From an uncultured Pseudomonadota bacterium (lineage in GTDB: Bacteria; Pseudomonadota; Alphaproteobacteria; Rs-D84), in contig CAMOGA010000002.1 in NCBI GenBank assembly GCA_946613885.1, positions 27,129-91,128 on the forward strand: a stretch of 64,000 nucleotides of DNA, written 5' to 3'. Under the pieces are notes generated by a model. It saw only the letters and a list, made by a program, of their open reading frames with translations, did no database searches and was not told where the DNA came from. Shown here piece by piece: positions 20,168 to 30,650 of this stretch (the stretch's first letter is position 1; every line of letters begins with the position of its first letter). The translations under genes were made by a program, and so were the position numbers.

Positions 20168-21337
20168 TTAATTTATTCCAACCAGATGGTATGTTTTTCC
20201 ATCTGTGTATTCAAAATTAAATGTTCCTGTACCAGATTTTGTAAAAACATAACATGTTGTATTGTTTAATTTTATATACAATTTTGGATTACTGGATGGT
20301 TCTAATTCACCGAAAACATCAAAACTTAAACTGGTATCAACCATTAACTTTGTTCCAAAAGAACATAAATTATAACATGCGCCATCATATCTGCCTTGGC
20401 CATTTGGGCATGTTAAATCCAGTTCACAAGAAACACGACTATTAAAATAACTTTCAAACCCAGTTGTATATTTTTTATAACCCGATGGGCAAGATGTTAA
20501 CATGTTTGTTGTGTTAGCAAAGACGTTTGTAAACGCACCATTTGTTCCTGTGACTGCCGGTGTCACATTAATACCTGCAAATAATTCTGGTGGAATAAAA
20601 CTTGATAATTTTGAGCAATAATTAAAAGTGTTTTGGAATAATCTTTCTTGTTGATTACCCGCAATACCTGCAAACAATTCCCCTGGAATCGAGCCAGTAA
20701 GCCCAGAACAATAATAAAACACACCATAAAACAAATTTTCAGTTGGCGTTCCATACAATCCAGAAAATAATTCCCCTGGTATTGAACCAGTTAATTTTTT
20801 ATCGTTCCAAAACAAAGAACGAAACATTTCATCACGTGGTTGTCCGGTTATACCATCAAATAATTCCCCCGGAATTGTTCCTGCAAGATTTGTATTTTCT
20901 GCAAATGTTGCCTTGAATAAAGGTTGTGAACCGTCAGATAATGTTGGAAATAATCTTCCCAACGATCCAGATATTCCGGTTATATATGTATTATCGGCAA
21001 AACTGATTGCGGCATCAGATTCTTCACTGCCCGTGCTGTATGCGGTTGCAACACCACCCAGTTTTATAGTTCTGGATGTTGTTGATGTATATCTGTGTGT
21101 ATAACTGGCCTGATTTGTGTTTGTGCGCGTTATTGTTTGTGTGTTTCCATCACCCCAATCGACATAAAATGTTCCAGCAGCACTTAATTTAAAATATGTA
21201 GCAGTCGTATTTCTGGCAGGTGTCACAGTAAATGTAAATTTTGCCTCAAAATTATTTTCATCTTCTGCATAAACAAGACCATGGAAAAAAGCCCCCGTAA
21301 TAAGAAATACGATAAAAAATATTCGCAATATTTTCAA
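20168..21337 (-). CDS. Secreted LRR-like repeat surface protein
   Basis: Signal peptide, VDWGDG PKD-like motif, four 31-aa L(T/A/S)xxIPxELF repeats, Cys-rich C-terminus. Confidence 0.7.
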   Translation of the reverse strand: MKILRIFFIVFLITGAFFHGLVYAEDENNFEAKFTFTVTPARNTTATYFKLSAAGTFYVDWGDGNTQTITRTNTNQASYTHRYTSTTSRTIKLGGVATAYSTGSEESDAAISFADNTYITGISGSLGRLFPTLSDGSQPLFKATFAENTNLAGTIPGELFDGITGQPRDEMFRSLFWNDKKLTGSIPGELFSGLYGTPTENLFYGVFYYCSGLTGSIPGELFAGIAGNQQERLFQNTFNYCSKLSSFIPPELFAGINVTPAVTGTNGAFTNVFANTTNMLTSCPSGYKKYTTGFESYFNSRVSCELDLTCPNGQGRYDGACYNLCSFGTKLMVDTSLSFDVFGELEPSSNPKLYIKLNNTTCYVFTKSGTGTFNFEYTDGKTYHLVGIN

Positions 21338-21444
21338 TACTCTTCCTTAATACAGCAAGATTAGCAAAATGTAAAAATTCGCGCAAGAAAAAATCAGTTG
21401 AATATCAAAATATTAATAATAAAATGTATCAAAAAGGTTGCTAT

Positions 21445-21903
21445 ATGCCAAAAGAAATAAGATTTTGTACACCAACTGGAAAATATTGGTTTTTATCCCC
21501 GTTGGCAGATTTTTCAATAAAAATGAACGTTGATGGTGTGGAATACGTTTTTCCTACGGTTGAACATTATTATCAGGCAATGAAATTCTATGCGTATGAC
21601 AACAGGTTTCATAAAATATTGCAGTTAAAAAATCCAGATGACGCACGTTTATTAACAAAAAAACCAGAATATAAAACAAATCGCAGAACTGATTTTGATA
21701 AAAATAAATATGACATTATGGAACGTGCATTATGGGCCAGATATAAACAAAATCCAAAAGCCACAGAATTATTAAAATCTACTGGTGATGCAATATTAAT
21801 AAAATCATGCCCAGTATGTTATAAATGTGGTTTTGGCATCGGCAGTGGCACAAACCGCATAGGTAAAATTTTGATGCAAATCCGATCCGAATTTCAAAAA
21901 TAA
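21445..21903 (+). CDS. NADAR family protein
   Basis: FLS, FPTVEHYYQAMKF, LLKSTGDAIL, GxNRIGKILMQIR. Confidence 0.85.
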   Translation: MPKEIRFCTPTGKYWFLSPLADFSIKMNVDGVEYVFPTVEHYYQAMKFYAYDNRFHKILQLKNPDDARLLTKKPEYKTNRRTDFDKNKYDIMERALWARYKQNPKATELLKSTGDAILIKSCPVCYKCGFGIGSGTNRIGKILMQIRSEFQK

Positions 21904-21913
21904 TATATTTAAT

Positions 21914-22137
21914 TGGTTGCGGGAGATGGAATTCCCTCGACACTTCGTGTCTGCGGGGCAACCGTGACGATTTGATTGCGCTATAATCACCCACAAAATT
22001 TTTCAAATTTTGCGGGGCCCGATGCTTATCAAATCTACTTGTTGTGAACCAGGCAACTGTGTTGCATGGCACAAACCAACAATCCACAACAAATTAAATA
22101 AAAAATGTGCCACTTTGGACACATTTTTTATTTAAAC
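21914..22137 (-). repeat. tRNA-fMet-linked palindromic element ending in a 17-bp direct copy of the tRNA 3' end
   Basis: TGGTTGCGGGAGATGGA at 21914-21930 equals 22138-22154; several hairpins between. Confidence 0.8.
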
Positions 22138-22214
<77 letters not shown>

Positions 22215-22349
22215 ATAAGTAGAATTTATTATATACTTTTTTATCTATATGTCAAATAAATAAATGTTTTTAATCTTATTTTTTATAGATTTAACCCATG
22301 CTTGCATTGTAATTTTTTTATTGCTATGATAAGAACAAAGTTATTTATC

Positions 22350-23111
22350 ATGAAAAAATCAATTAAGAAAAGATTAAAACGATTTTTCAGATTCCTGTAC
22401 GGATGGGGCGTTGTTCAATGGTTTTTAGCCGTTGTTTACTATGTTCTTATTTGGTTTGTATATTTTACATCTAAAAAGAATATTTCCGGTCTAGAAACTT
22501 TGAAAAAATATGCTAAAAAGCCCGCAATTTTTGTGTTTTGGCACGGACGAACAATGATGTTATCGCCGGTGATCGCGTTAAATCGTGTGCGTGGTTATGC
22601 AATTGCAGACCCACGTCGTGATGGTCGTGCGATTGCCAAAATGGAAAAGTTATTCGGTTTACGGACATTGTATGGTTCATCTGCACGGGGCGGGGTGTCT
22701 GTGTTAAAGCGGGGAATTAATATTTTAAATTCTGGACGATTTTGTTTGGCGTTATCCCCAGATGGTCCACGCGGGCCATCTATGCGGTTTCATGATGGGG
22801 CTTTATATTTTGCAAAAATGACCGGTGCGCCGATTATTCCGGTTTGTTATTCATCTTCACGTCCATGGTTTTTAAATCGTTGGGACAGGTATTTATTAAC
22901 TAAACCTTTTTCGATTATTGCCGGAACGGTGGGCAACCCGATATTTATTGACAGAAAAACCAAGACATCTGAATTTGAAAAAATTCGAAAAACATTGGAA
23001 GATATTATGGTAAAACAGGCGTATGATTTAGATAAACGTTTTACAAAATTTCGTGTTGAACAAGATTTAACCGCAGAAAATTTTGAAAAAACAATGGGTG
23101 AAATCAAATGA
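22350..23111 (+). CDS. DUF374/lysophospholipid acyltransferase-like protein
   Basis: FWHGR, GSSARGG, SPDGPRGP, WDRYL; upstream of lpxK. Confidence 0.85.
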   Translation: MKKSIKKRLKRFFRFLYGWGVVQWFLAVVYYVLIWFVYFTSKKNISGLETLKKYAKKPAIFVFWHGRTMMLSPVIALNRVRGYAIADPRRDGRAIAKMEKLFGLRTLYGSSARGGVSVLKRGINILNSGRFCLALSPDGPRGPSMRFHDGALYFAKMTGAPIIPVCYSSSRPWFLNRWDRYLLTKPFSIIAGTVGNPIFIDRKTKTSEFEKIRKTLEDIMVKQAYDLDKRFTKFRVEQDLTAENFEKTMGEIK

Positions 23112-24034
23112 AAACACCACATTGGTTTTTAAAACGAACAATTGTGTCATACCTGTTATGGCCTTTATCTGGTTTATATTTGTTGGGTTCAAATATTGTT
23201 TTTAGTTTTCGTAAATTGCACGAATATAAATCGCACAGGCCAATTATTTGTTTTGGAAATATTTTATCTGGCGGTGTTGGTAAAACACCAATTGTGCGCA
23301 CTGTTGCAAAATTTTTTGATGCCCCGGTTGTAATGCGTGGATATAAAAAATCTGAATCCACGGATGGTATCGGGGACGAGGCAAAGATGTTATCAAATGA
23401 TAATATTTTGGTTCATGTTGGAAATCGCAAATGTAATTTGATTTTATTAAACAAACAAAAATCAAATACACCAATTATAATGGATGATGGATTTCAAAAT
23501 TCTTCTATTAAGAAAGATATTTCTGTATTGGTTTTTGACGAAGGTATTGGTTTTGGAAATGGATTTTTATTACCTGCGGGTCCAATGCGTGAAAAAAAAT
23601 CTGCGATTTTACGTGCAGATGCTATTATTTTAATAAAACGAAAAAATATGGCGCGTGATTTTTCGCTGCCGACAAATATTCCTGTGTTTAATGCACGTAA
23701 TCGTGAAATTTGTCCGTTTGATAAAAAAACACGTGTGGTTGCGTTTGCTGGTATTGGTTATCCAGATAAATTTTTTAATAATATACCGTGTAATGTTATA
23801 GATACTGTCGCGTTTCCTGATCATTATCAATATACAGATACAGATATAAAAAAACTGATAAAACGTGCAGAATCCAACAAAGCAAAACTGTTAACCACAG
23901 AAAAAGATTGGGTGCGTTTGCCAATTTGGGCACAACAAGAAATTGCATTTTCTGCGCTGGATACAGAAATAGACGGTAAATTTTTTAATTGGTTAAAGGA
24001 AAGGTTACATGACTACGATAACAAACAAGGTTAA
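23108..24034 (+). CDS. lpxK: Tetraacyldisaccharide 4'-kinase
   Basis: GNILSGGVGKTP, MDDGFQN, LLPAGPMRE, FAGIG, FPDH, TTEKDWVRL. Confidence 0.96.
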   Translation: MKTPHWFLKRTIVSYLLWPLSGLYLLGSNIVFSFRKLHEYKSHRPIICFGNILSGGVGKTPIVRTVAKFFDAPVVMRGYKKSESTDGIGDEAKMLSNDNILVHVGNRKCNLILLNKQKSNTPIIMDDGFQNSSIKKDISVLVFDEGIGFGNGFLLPAGPMREKKSAILRADAIILIKRKNMARDFSLPTNIPVFNARNREICPFDKKTRVVAFAGIGYPDKFFNNIPCNVIDTVAFPDHYQYTDTDIKKLIKRAESNKAKLLTTEKDWVRLPIWAQQEIAFSALDTEIDGKFFNWLKERLHDYDNKQG

Positions 24035-24944
24035 AATATCTGGCGTTGGTATTCATTCTGGTAAAACAGTGAATATGGTTATAAAACCGTCAAAAAAAAC
24101 TGGGATTTTTTTTAACAGGATTGATATACCAAATTCTGAATTGATACCTGCAACATTTAATAATGTTGGCGAAACATTGATGCGCAACACCACAATTGGA
24201 AACAAAAATGCTGCACATGTTCAAACGATTGAACATTTAATGGCGGCTTTGTTTGTTTTGGGTATTGATAGTGCGATTATTGATATAGATGGCAACGAAA
24301 CGCCAATCTTGGATGGCAGTGCGTATGAATTTATAAAACTGTTAGCCCCAGTTGTTGATAAAAAAACTGTTATGAAAAAAATTATTGTTAAGAAAACCAT
24401 TGTTGCGCATCGTAATGATTTGGTTAAAAATATGCGTGGTTGGAAAAAAATAAAAACTATAATTTTAAATCATACGATTTGGCGGCGTGGTAATGGTTAT
24501 GTTAAATTATCCCCAAATGAAAACGGTTTAAAAATAGATGCTACATTGGTGTATCCTGACAAGGTTATTGGTACACAATCATATTCTTGCGTACTGGATG
24601 GCACGAAAAAATCTGTGGATAATTTTGTAAAAAATATTTCAAAATCACGCACGTTTGGAAAATATTCTGAATGGGAAAAATTAAAGGCGCATGGTATGGC
24701 GCACGGCGCAAACGAACATAATGTTATTGTATTAAGTGCAAATGGTGATACAACTTTAAATACATTACATTATGAAAACGAATTTGTTCGTCATAAAATC
24801 ATAGATGCCGTTGGTGATATGTTCACATCCGGTGGTTTTATTTACGGACATTTGGAATCCATTAAGGGTTCACATGCGTTGAATAATCTGGTTTTACAGA
24901 AATTATTCAGCGATACTTCAAATTATGAAATAATCGAAAAATAA
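24009..24944 (+). CDS. lpxC: UDP-3-O-acyl-N-acetylglucosamine deacetylase
   Basis: GVGIHSG, TIEHLMAAL, PILDGSA, SRTFG, RHKIIDAVGD, HALN. Confidence 0.96.
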   Translation: MTTITNKVKISGVGIHSGKTVNMVIKPSKKTGIFFNRIDIPNSELIPATFNNVGETLMRNTTIGNKNAAHVQTIEHLMAALFVLGIDSAIIDIDGNETPILDGSAYEFIKLLAPVVDKKTVMKKIIVKKTIVAHRNDLVKNMRGWKKIKTIILNHTIWRRGNGYVKLSPNENGLKIDATLVYPDKVIGTQSYSCVLDGTKKSVDNFVKNISKSRTFGKYSEWEKLKAHGMAHGANEHNVIVLSANGDTTLNTLHYENEFVRHKIIDAVGDMFTSGGFIYGHLESIKGSHALNNLVLQKLFSDTSNYEIIEK

Positions 24945-24955
24945 AAGGAGAAAGT

Positions 24956-25270
24956 ATGAAAAAAATAACTTTGTGTTGTGCTGTATTGGGTTTGGCGGCA
25001 TGTGCGACAACTGTAAAACCAGATAATGGTTTAAAAATGGTTGATACAGAACCGACAGATTGTGAATTTTTATATAATTTAAATTCATCAATTACAAATT
25101 ACAGAATGATGGATAAACGTGAATATATTGAAAAAACAATTTTAGAACAAAAAAATATTGGGGATACATATTACATCGCGTCAGAAGATGTTGTAAATAA
25201 TCCAGGTGCGGTTTTTGGTCCTGAACAAACATATAAATTCAAAGTAAAAGTATACAAATGCAATAAATAA
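24956..25270 (+). CDS. Small lipoprotein
   Basis: Lipobox LAAC, SD AAGGAG, C-terminal YKC. Confidence 0.75.
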   Translation: MKKITLCCAVLGLAACATTVKPDNGLKMVDTEPTDCEFLYNLNSSITNYRMMDKREYIEKTILEQKNIGDTYYIASEDVVNNPGAVFGPEQTYKFKVKVYKCNK

Positions 25271-25275
25271 AAAAA

Positions 25276-25295
25276 CGGTCGTAGAAATACGACCG
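25276..25295. terminator. Terminator-like hairpin
   Basis: CGGTCGTA-gaaa-TACGACCG. Confidence 0.55.
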
Positions 25296-25362
25296 ATTAT
25301 TATAAATTTCGTCTTTATTTTTTTTATCAGTTTGTGTTATAATATTTTAACAAGAGAGGGAA

Positions 25363-26598
25363 GTGATAAAACAAATAATAACAATTAACCGTAAAAAATA
25401 TGCCACGGGGCTGTTTTGGCAACCCATGGGGGTTGGTAATAATGCCAAAAATTATGCTAAACAATTATCTAAAAATAAAAAATATACACTGTATATTGAT
25501 TATAAATCTATGATTGGTTTGACCAGCAATCGTGACGGTGCAAAATCTGGCATGATGAGTGCTGCGGTGGAAGTAATAAACGCATTGTCTGAATTTGTTT
25601 CTTTTCTGGCGGTGTTTCGTGTTGATAATAATTATTATTTGATTGCGGTTAGAAACGGGATTATTATTCGTGATGTTTTACTGGATAATGCAGATACGGC
25701 ACGTAAATTTTTTATGGAATTATCACAAATTCCAGATTGGGGCGGTTTGTTTGCACCTGCATCATGGGGTATTCCAAAATCCCAAGAAAAATATTTAACA
25801 GATTTAATTGGTCGTGGAACTGGTATAAAATTACGTCAAATAAGTGTTGCAAAATCAATCGTGCCAACATTATTTTTCGTGTTTATATTTATTTTATTTG
25901 GTTTGTATGTTTTAAAAAATCCAATTTCTGTACAAAAAGTTCATGTTCCAAATATAACTCAGGAAACAATCGATAAATATAGACAACAAATTGAATCTAA
26001 AAAACAAAATGTTAATGATGTTAAACAGATTACAGAAACAAAAATTATATATCCGTATGATAATTTGCCAGATATGATGGAACGCGCAAATTTGTGTTAT
26101 AAAGCGATTGCGTTTGTTATGCAACCAATTATAGGATGGAATCAAACGCACGCGAAATGTGATGGTGAATTTGTGTCTGCGACTTTTTCACGTGATTTTG
26201 GAACATTAAATGATTTTTATGAAATAGGCGGTGATTTAATGCCTGGCGCAACGGTTCAACAAATGTCTGATGATGAAATTATTTTGCGGGTCAGATTACC
26301 AGAATTAAAAACCGGTTCTGAAATTGATGAACGTGACCAAGAAACAATTATGCGTGATGTTGCAACAATATTCCAACAGGCAAATATTAACGCTGAAATT
26401 AATGGTGTCACCGATACCGTTATGAATAACAATAAAACAGAACAATTACACGTGACGGAAATAGCAGTGTCGTCTAAATTAACACCAATGGAATTTATGC
26501 AGGCGTTCAAGGGCTTTAATGGTGTTTATATGACGGCTGTGTCATGGCATGCGAATACACGAATTTGGAATTATGAAATAATAATTTATTCTAAATAA
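25363..26598 (+). CDS. Type IVb pilus accessory protein PilO2-like
   Basis: YATGLFWQ N-terminal motif, central TM, periplasmic tail; precedes the PilP/Q/R-like genes. Confidence 0.7.
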   Translation: MIKQIITINRKKYATGLFWQPMGVGNNAKNYAKQLSKNKKYTLYIDYKSMIGLTSNRDGAKSGMMSAAVEVINALSEFVSFLAVFRVDNNYYLIAVRNGIIIRDVLLDNADTARKFFMELSQIPDWGGLFAPASWGIPKSQEKYLTDLIGRGTGIKLRQISVAKSIVPTLFFVFIFILFGLYVLKNPISVQKVHVPNITQETIDKYRQQIESKKQNVNDVKQITETKIIYPYDNLPDMMERANLCYKAIAFVMQPIIGWNQTHAKCDGEFVSATFSRDFGTLNDFYEIGGDLMPGATVQQMSDDEIILRVRLPELKTGSEIDERDQETIMRDVATIFQQANINAEINGVTDTVMNNNKTEQLHVTEIAVSSKLTPMEFMQAFKGFNGVYMTAVSWHANTRIWNYEIIIYSK

Positions 26599-26614
26599 AA
26601 CAAAAGGGTGGAAT

Positions 26615-27349
26615 ATGATAAAAAAATTAAACATAGTGATGATGGTTGGTTTAATGATTTTTGGCATGAACAGTTATTCGTATGCTGAAACCATTTATAC
26701 TGATGACGTATTTGAAGAATACGATGATTCCATTGATAATGAATTTGAAGAACAAGAACAATCGGAAGAATCTGTTTCAGACGATTTAAGTGATGAAGAA
26801 TTTGCAGATAAAGTTTCATCTCAGGCATTATCTGATTATGATGCATCTGGTTCTTTGTTTGAAAAAATTACCACCCTGGAACAAGAAAAAGTTGTTGCTC
26901 AATTAGAAAAAGAACGTGCTCAACTGGATTTGGAATTGGACAGATTAAATGCTGAAAGAATTAAATTACAAATGGAATTGGATACTTTATCTGGCCGTGC
27001 AGAACAACAACAGGCAGAATTAGAATCTGCAAAAAAACAGTTAGAAATACAAACAGAAAAATTAATGCGCCAACAGGATTCGATTGATGATGACGAAGAT
27101 GTTGTTATAAAAACAAAAACACAACAAAACCCAGAAGAAACAGATATCAATAAAAGATATAAATTAATCAATGTTGTTGGTGTTGATAATCAATTACAGG
27201 CAACAATTGAAGAAGTGTCTTCGGGACAAAACAAACGTATTTCTGTGGGCAAAGAATTGGATGGTTATATTGTAAAATCTATTTCTTTGAACGATGGAAT
27301 TGTTTTTGAAAAAGATGGCAACACGGAAAGTTTGAATATCGGAAAATAA
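26615..27349 (+). CDS. Type IVb pilus PilP-like periplasmic protein
   Basis: Signal peptide, acidic linker, coiled coil, C-terminal beta domain (VVGV..QLQATI...VGKEL.GY.VKSI). Confidence 0.6.
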   Translation: MIKKLNIVMMVGLMIFGMNSYSYAETIYTDDVFEEYDDSIDNEFEEQEQSEESVSDDLSDEEFADKVSSQALSDYDASGSLFEKITTLEQEKVVAQLEKERAQLDLELDRLNAERIKLQMELDTLSGRAEQQQAELESAKKQLEIQTEKLMRQQDSIDDDEDVVIKTKTQQNPEETDINKRYKLINVVGVDNQLQATIEEVSSGQNKRISVGKELDGYIVKSISLNDGIVFEKDGNTESLNIGK

Positions 27350-27352
27350 TCA

Positions 27353-28978
27353 ATGCAAAGTATGGACGATAATTTTGCAAATACACCAGAACAGACATTA
27401 CCAAATGGTTTGGAAAATGCCGATGTAAAAAAAATACTAGATTACCTGTTTGCCAAAGGAAACAAACTGTTAACCGGTTATACAGGTGAATTGGCTATAC
27501 CAAAAGATACGCAAAATTTGGTGGCATATTTTTCTGGTGGTGAAATTATTATATCGCGTACCCATCGATATGACGGGCGCGTGTTGGCTTTTATTGATTT
27601 ATTGCGTCAAAATAATCGTGTTATCAAAGAACCGTATTATTCAGATTTGGGATTGATTTCCAGTATATATAAAACATACGAAGAACGTTTGGGTGTAAAT
27701 TCACGTTCACGTGTTGATTATGACAACAATATGCAGAAAGATTTTGTTGATATAATTGCACGTGCGGCGGCACAAAAGGTTTCTGATATTCATATTGAGG
27801 TTGCAGATCAAACAACAATTTATTTTCGTATTGATGGCAGTATGCAACCGGTTTTTGAATATAATTCTGGATGGGGTGAATCTTTTGTTCGTGCGGCGTT
27901 TGCGTCTGCTGATATTTCTAATTCCAGTTATGCACAAAACGAATATCAAACCGCCCAGAAAGACGGTCGTACACCATTACGTGGAACCAAAGATTTATAT
28001 TTACCATCGGGGGTTTTGGGAATCAGAATGCAATTTAATCCAATTGCGTTTGGGTCTCAGTATGTTGTTATGCGTTTATTATATGATAACCCCAGTGAAG
28101 GTATCAAAACAGAACAAGAATTTAATGAATATGAACAAAAAATGTTAATGCGCCTGCGTTCTGCGCCAACCGGTCTGGTTATTGTTGCAGGACCAACATC
28201 ATCTGGAAAATCAACGACATTGGTTCGCAATATGGCATTAATGTTAAAAGAACGCAGATATGAAATAAATTTAATTACCGTAGAAGACCCGGCAGAACAA
28301 AAAATATTTGGTGCACATCAAATGCCTGTGGTTAATGCGATTAACGAAGAACAACGTGAAGAAAAATTTACTGAGGCGCTGGCTGCCGCTTTGCGTAGTG
28401 ATCCTGATACATTGATGGTCGGTGAAATACGAACATTATCTGCGGCACAATTAACGGTCAAGGGTGCATTGTCTGGGCATAATGTTTGGACAACTTTGCA
28501 TGCAAACTCTGCAATGGGTGCTTTGACACGTTTGTTGGACATGGGGGTTGAGGCATTTAAGTTAAAAGACGAAACAATGATGCGTGGATTGGTATCTATG
28601 CGATTGTTCAAAAAAATATGTCCATATTGTCGTGAACCATTAAATGAACATCATGAACACGGTGCGTATAATCGTGTCAGGGATGCGTTTGGTGATTTAG
28701 GATTGAATCAGGTTTATATTCGTGGTGTCGGATGTGAACATTGTAATGGGACGGGTACAATTGGTCGTATCAAGGCTGGCGAAATCATCATGACAAACAG
28801 CGAATTTTTAAGTTTAGCATTGGCAGGCGAAACAGAAAACGCATTGAAATATTGGCTGGAAAAAATGAACGGGCGAACATTGAAAGAGGCTGCTACTGAA
28901 TTAATGTTGCGTGGAATTATTGGTGTGGATGAATTGGAACGTTGGGTTGGATTATTAGACAGACCGTGGGTATATTAA
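27353..28978 (+). CDS. Pilus assembly ATPase (GspE/PilB; R64 PilQ-like)
   Basis: SDIHIE, GPTSSGKST, TVEDPAE, LRSDPD..MVGEIR, TTLHANSA, tetracysteine motif. Confidence 0.93.
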   Translation: MQSMDDNFANTPEQTLPNGLENADVKKILDYLFAKGNKLLTGYTGELAIPKDTQNLVAYFSGGEIIISRTHRYDGRVLAFIDLLRQNNRVIKEPYYSDLGLISSIYKTYEERLGVNSRSRVDYDNNMQKDFVDIIARAAAQKVSDIHIEVADQTTIYFRIDGSMQPVFEYNSGWGESFVRAAFASADISNSSYAQNEYQTAQKDGRTPLRGTKDLYLPSGVLGIRMQFNPIAFGSQYVVMRLLYDNPSEGIKTEQEFNEYEQKMLMRLRSAPTGLVIVAGPTSSGKSTTLVRNMALMLKERRYEINLITVEDPAEQKIFGAHQMPVVNAINEEQREEKFTEALAAALRSDPDTLMVGEIRTLSAAQLTVKGALSGHNVWTTLHANSAMGALTRLLDMGVEAFKLKDETMMRGLVSMRLFKKICPYCREPLNEHHEHGAYNRVRDAFGDLGLNQVYIRGVGCEHCNGTGTIGRIKAGEIIMTNSEFLSLALAGETENALKYWLEKMNGRTLKEAATELMLRGIIGVDELERWVGLLDRPWVY

Positions 28979-28981
28979 GAT

Positions 28982-30052
28982 ATGAATAATTTGGAATTAT
29001 TATATGCGAAATTTGTGTTTAAAACAGATACTGAAAAACGTATGGCTGTTTCGCGTAAAATCGCATCTTTGTTGCGGAATAATTTCACATTAATGGATGC
29101 GTTGCATCGTATAGAAATGATTGAATCAAATAACGGTAAAAAACCAAACGAACCCTTTGCAATTGCGATGCGTGAAATTCAACAAAATTTAGAGCGTGGA
29201 ATGACTTTTGCCCAGGCAACACAAGATTGGGTTCCAAACGAAGAAACATTGTTGTTAACGTCTGGAAATGTGTCCAGTTTGTTAATATCATTGGAAAACA
29301 TAGGACATATTGTCGGTGGGATTAACAGAATAAAACGTGCTATGTTATCCGCGGTGGCGTATCCGTTGTTTTTATTTGCGTTAACGGTTGCAATAATAAT
29401 TATGGTTGGTTTGTATTTGGTTCCCCCATTGGCAGATGCAGCCGGTTCGACAGTTGTATGGCGTGGTACGGCGGCATCTTTGATATTTGTGTCTGGTTTT
29501 GCCGGCAAATATTGGCACGTTGTGACCGGTACTTTTATTGTGTTGATATTTATTATATGGGCATCTTTACCGGTGTGGACGGGGCGTTTACGCACGTTTT
29601 TTGACAGATTTGCACCATGGAACACATACAAATTACAATTATCGGTCAGTTGGTTAATGTCTTTATCTGCAATGGTATCTGCCGGTGTATCTGTGCCTGA
29701 TGCAATGCGGTTATTGGCAGATTCATCAAATCGTTATTTATCAGACATCTTGGATGAAACAATGCATTATATCGCAAATGGTGAAAATCTGGGAAATGCG
29801 CTGGCAATGACTGGTAAAGAATTTCCCAGTAATGAAATTATCGGCGATTTGATTATATATGCTGATATGAACGATTTTGACAAGAATTTAAAACAGATAG
29901 CGGATGATTACATGGAAGAATCTGTCCGTAAAATGGAAAATATATCCAGTGTATTAAACAGTATCGGAATCATTATCGTATCATTAATAATTGGATGGGT
30001 TGTAATGGGTACTTTCCAGATGCAGGAACAAATAACATCTGTATTGATGTAA
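28982..30052 (+). CDS. GspF/PilC-family platform protein (R64 PilR-like)
   Basis: AVAYP motif, three TM segments, WTGRLR.FFDR..PW..YK. Confidence 0.88.
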   Translation: MNNLELLYAKFVFKTDTEKRMAVSRKIASLLRNNFTLMDALHRIEMIESNNGKKPNEPFAIAMREIQQNLERGMTFAQATQDWVPNEETLLLTSGNVSSLLISLENIGHIVGGINRIKRAMLSAVAYPLFLFALTVAIIIMVGLYLVPPLADAAGSTVVWRGTAASLIFVSGFAGKYWHVVTGTFIVLIFIIWASLPVWTGRLRTFFDRFAPWNTYKLQLSVSWLMSLSAMVSAGVSVPDAMRLLADSSNRYLSDILDETMHYIANGENLGNALAMTGKEFPSNEIIGDLIIYADMNDFDKNLKQIADDYMEESVRKMENISSVLNSIGIIIVSLIIGWVVMGTFQMQEQITSVLM

Positions 30053-30079
30053 AAAAAACCGGTAAATACCGGTTTTTTT
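30052..30079. terminator. Bidirectional terminator
   Basis: AAAAAAACCGGTA-aa-TACCGGTTTTTTT between convergent genes. Confidence 0.8.
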
Positions 30080-30080
30080 A

Positions 30081-30650
30081 CTATGCCATAAACGGCAGGT
30101 TTTCCAAAGTCCCCTCGGTCACACGAACATTTACGTCAATCAACATAAACACAGAATCTGGTGTTCTTTCTGTGTCGCACGGAAAAATATTTGGAGATAA
30201 CAAATGGCTGGTGTTAACATTTAGTTTTGTCACCAAATGATCATCATCCAATAATGTATAAATTGGACCGATATCACGCGGTGTGTTTTGACCGATTTCG
30301 TGTTCATTTTGTGGACAACGTAAACCATCCAAAATTGTTTTAACACGGTTATCAATATCAGAACGCGGAACACCTATAATCTCAGGATGCATTAACAAAA
30401 TATCCAATTCTGCAATCATTTTTAGGTTTGGGGTAATAATTGGATTCCAATCAATGCCACCAATATGACGTGTTATAATTGGGCTTTTTGTTGCGTCAGG
30501 CATCATAAATTTAGTCAAATTATCCCACGGTTTAAATTCAATTAATTTCTTTAATTGCGGATGAAATTGCATACGAATATCGGCAATATGTTGCGCCCGT
30601 TTTTTTGGGTTTGTTAATATATCACCATAATATAATAACTTAAATTTCAT
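30081..30650 (-). CDS. RusA-like nuclease-fold protein
   Basis: DIDNRVKTILDGL and LLDDDHLV match the RusA DxDNxxKxxxDxL and DD motifs. Confidence 0.6.
   Translation of the reverse strand: MKFKLLYYGDILTNPKKRAQHIADIRMQFHPQLKKLIEFKPWDNLTKFMMPDATKSPIITRHIGGIDWNPIITPNLKMIAELDILLMHPEIIGVPRSDIDNRVKTILDGLRCPQNEHEIGQNTPRDIGPIYTLLDDDHLVTKLNVNTSHLLSPNIFPCDTERTPDSVFMLIDVNVRVTEGTLENLPFMA

Noticed and set aside
21779-22087. 102-aa minus-strand ORF near tRNA-fMet
   Set aside because: Spans the palindromic element and overlaps NADAR; no SD or motif.
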